This document shows, piece after piece, positions 36,051 to 37,737 of a DNA stretch of 37,737 nt. The stretch's first letter is position 1. Each line of letters opens with the position of its first letter. Source of the stretch: Octopus bimaculoides (lineage: Eukaryota); contig NC_068990.1 of the NCBI RefSeq assembly GCF_001194135.2, positions 55,279,263 through 55,316,999 on the forward strand. The letters are read 5' to 3'. The notes beneath the pieces were generated by a model. The model saw nothing but the letters and a program-made list of their open reading frames with translations, was not told the DNA's origin and did not search any database. The position numbers and the translations under genes are program-made.

Positions 36051-36747
36051 TTTATGTATATATATGTATATCTATCTATCTGTCTGTCTGTCGGTCTGTA
36101 TATATATATATGCACAGACATACACAGACATGCACAGACATACACACAGATATGCATATATATATATAAACATGTAAATGAATGAATACTTAATAACATG
36201 CATGTGCACATTTCACTTTTCTATTCAAAACGTAATTTATTTTGATATCTACTTTAAGCTATGCATACACACAATATGACTTAATTACTTGTGGATTACA
36301 GAATTATAATTTTCGGGTGAAAATACTATTTTGTAAATTTTCTGATAATGTATAATGCTTTATCTAGTTGAAAACAGGTGGGAATTTCTCTAGGTTGTGT
36401 TGGCAGTCTCTCATTCAGAGATAAACCTTTCTGGCTGCCATAAGGAATAAATCAGTTCTGGAGAAAGAAGACACACCTTGCAACAAACAAAGGTAAGACT
36501 TCCACTTATTATTTAGCCCTTTTAAGGTATCAAGCTAGCATAATCGTTAGCACATTGGACAAAATATTTAGTGGCATTCCATCCGTTTTTATGTTCTGAG
36601 TTTAAATCCCTCCGAGGTTCATTTCACCTTTCATCCTTTCAAGGTCGATGAAAAAAGTACCAGTGAAGCACTGGGGTTAATGTAAGCGATTATACTCCTC
36701 CCACCAAAATTTTGGGCCTTGTGCCCATAGTAGAAAAGATTATTCAA

Positions 36748-37260
36748 CCCTTTTAACCCATTACCTACCAGTGATCTCATATGAGATCACTTAAAAATTA
36801 CAAATTTCGTAATTATCTGTCAATATTTACACATATCTAACCTTTTTGCTATATCTACTAGGTATATTTCTCTGATATTCAAGTGAGGTTTGCTAATTTT
36901 TCACCCTATATCTCGCTAATTTCTATTTAAAATGTTATTTTGAAATGTTATTTTGATCATTCCAGCGTGTTTCTAAGGCTGTTTTATGCTAGAAATCAAA
37001 GTTTCATAAAAAAATTCCAGTTAATAGAATTATGGGAGGTAATGGGTTAATACCATTCTACCTGAGACTGCCATTGGTCCAATGGTACAAACTTCTTATT
37101 TTAAAAGGGATCTAAATTAAAACCTATCAAAATTTCATGTTAATTATATTTTAAACATCAGTTCAATTATGTTGAAATTATTTTACTAAATTCTTCATTA
37201 TTTTCAAAATTTATGGAAACAAAGGTAGAATATTTCAACAGAAATACAGTAGCAAAAGGG
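36748..37260. mobile_element. Older CCCTT...AAGGG MITE hosting the inner MITE
   Basis: TCAA|CCCTT at 36744-36752 and AAAGGG|TTGA at 37255-37264. The inner element sits a few bp inside the left end. Confidence 0.55.
36757..37046. mobile_element. piggyBac-like MITE (inner element of a nested pair)
   Basis: TTAA|CCCATTACCTACC ... GGGAGGTAATGGG|TTAA, with the TTAA TSD at 36753-36756 and 37047-37050. Contains a perfect 20-bp palindrome GTGATCTCATATGAGATCAC at 36771-36790. Confidence 0.8.
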
Positions 37261-37737
37261 TTGAAATGATAAATAACTGTTTCTGCAAATGAAGAAAGCT
37301 AAAACATAAATTCAAGGTGAACCATGTTGGAATGTTTTAGAAAGTACTGAATAGTACAGAATTACATTTAGAGGTATTAAAAGACAAATGTGGCATGAGG
37401 TGGGGGTGGGTAGACAGCATTAAAAAACAAAAAACATAATGAAACAACTATATTATATTTACAATTAAACCTTGGGAAATATATTATATTTCTTTGCTGC
37501 CAAAAACAGATTTTAGTGATAAATTATTGAGGTGCTTTACACTGACTGAAAAAAATAAAAGAAGGGAGATCTGTGTGACACCATAGGCAAGGGTCTTCTA
37601 CTGTAGCCCCAAGCCTAGCAAAGCCTTGTGGGTGGATTTGGTAGATGGTAACTGAAAGAAGCTTGTGGGTGTGTGTATGTGTGTTTGTGGGTGTTGTGTG
37701 TATGTATATGCTTATATATGTATATATATATATATAT

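Noticed and set aside
1-37737. CRISPR arrays, rRNA, bona fide tRNA or snoRNA genes
   Set aside because: There are no regularly spaced repeat-spacer arrays, rRNA-like segments, complete cloverleafs or paired C/D boxes with terminal stems that I could support.

Overview
AT-rich, repeat-dense animal genomic DNA with several N gaps. The SINE/MITE repertoire looks like an octopod cephalopod; this is recognition from memory, not a database result. Two host genes are supported, both on the minus strand. ABT1/ESF2 has two clearly spliced coding exons (28210-28417 and 26837-27360); its start exon was not found. RPL41 (eL41/eS32) is a 25-aa gene at 22906-22983 that the ORF track misses; it has plausible promoter and poly(A) signals. 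The rest is mostly mobile DNA: a decayed Ty3/Gypsy pol, a non-autonomous Helitron with both canonical ends, a decayed Buster-type hAT element with an adjacent inverted composite copy, a MULE-like MITE with a 9-bp TSD, a 221-bp palindromic MITE next to RPL41, piggyBac-like TTAA MITEs (two nested arrangements), R4/Dong and RTE LINE fragments, a DD37D/maT-like mariner fragment, many tRNA-derived SINEs, probable solo LTRs and microsatellites. I found no convincing new multi-gene system. The best leads are the hidden RPL41 microgene, the foldback element beside it, the hAT rearrangement, inverted repeats in ABT1 introns, and orphan candidate exons.
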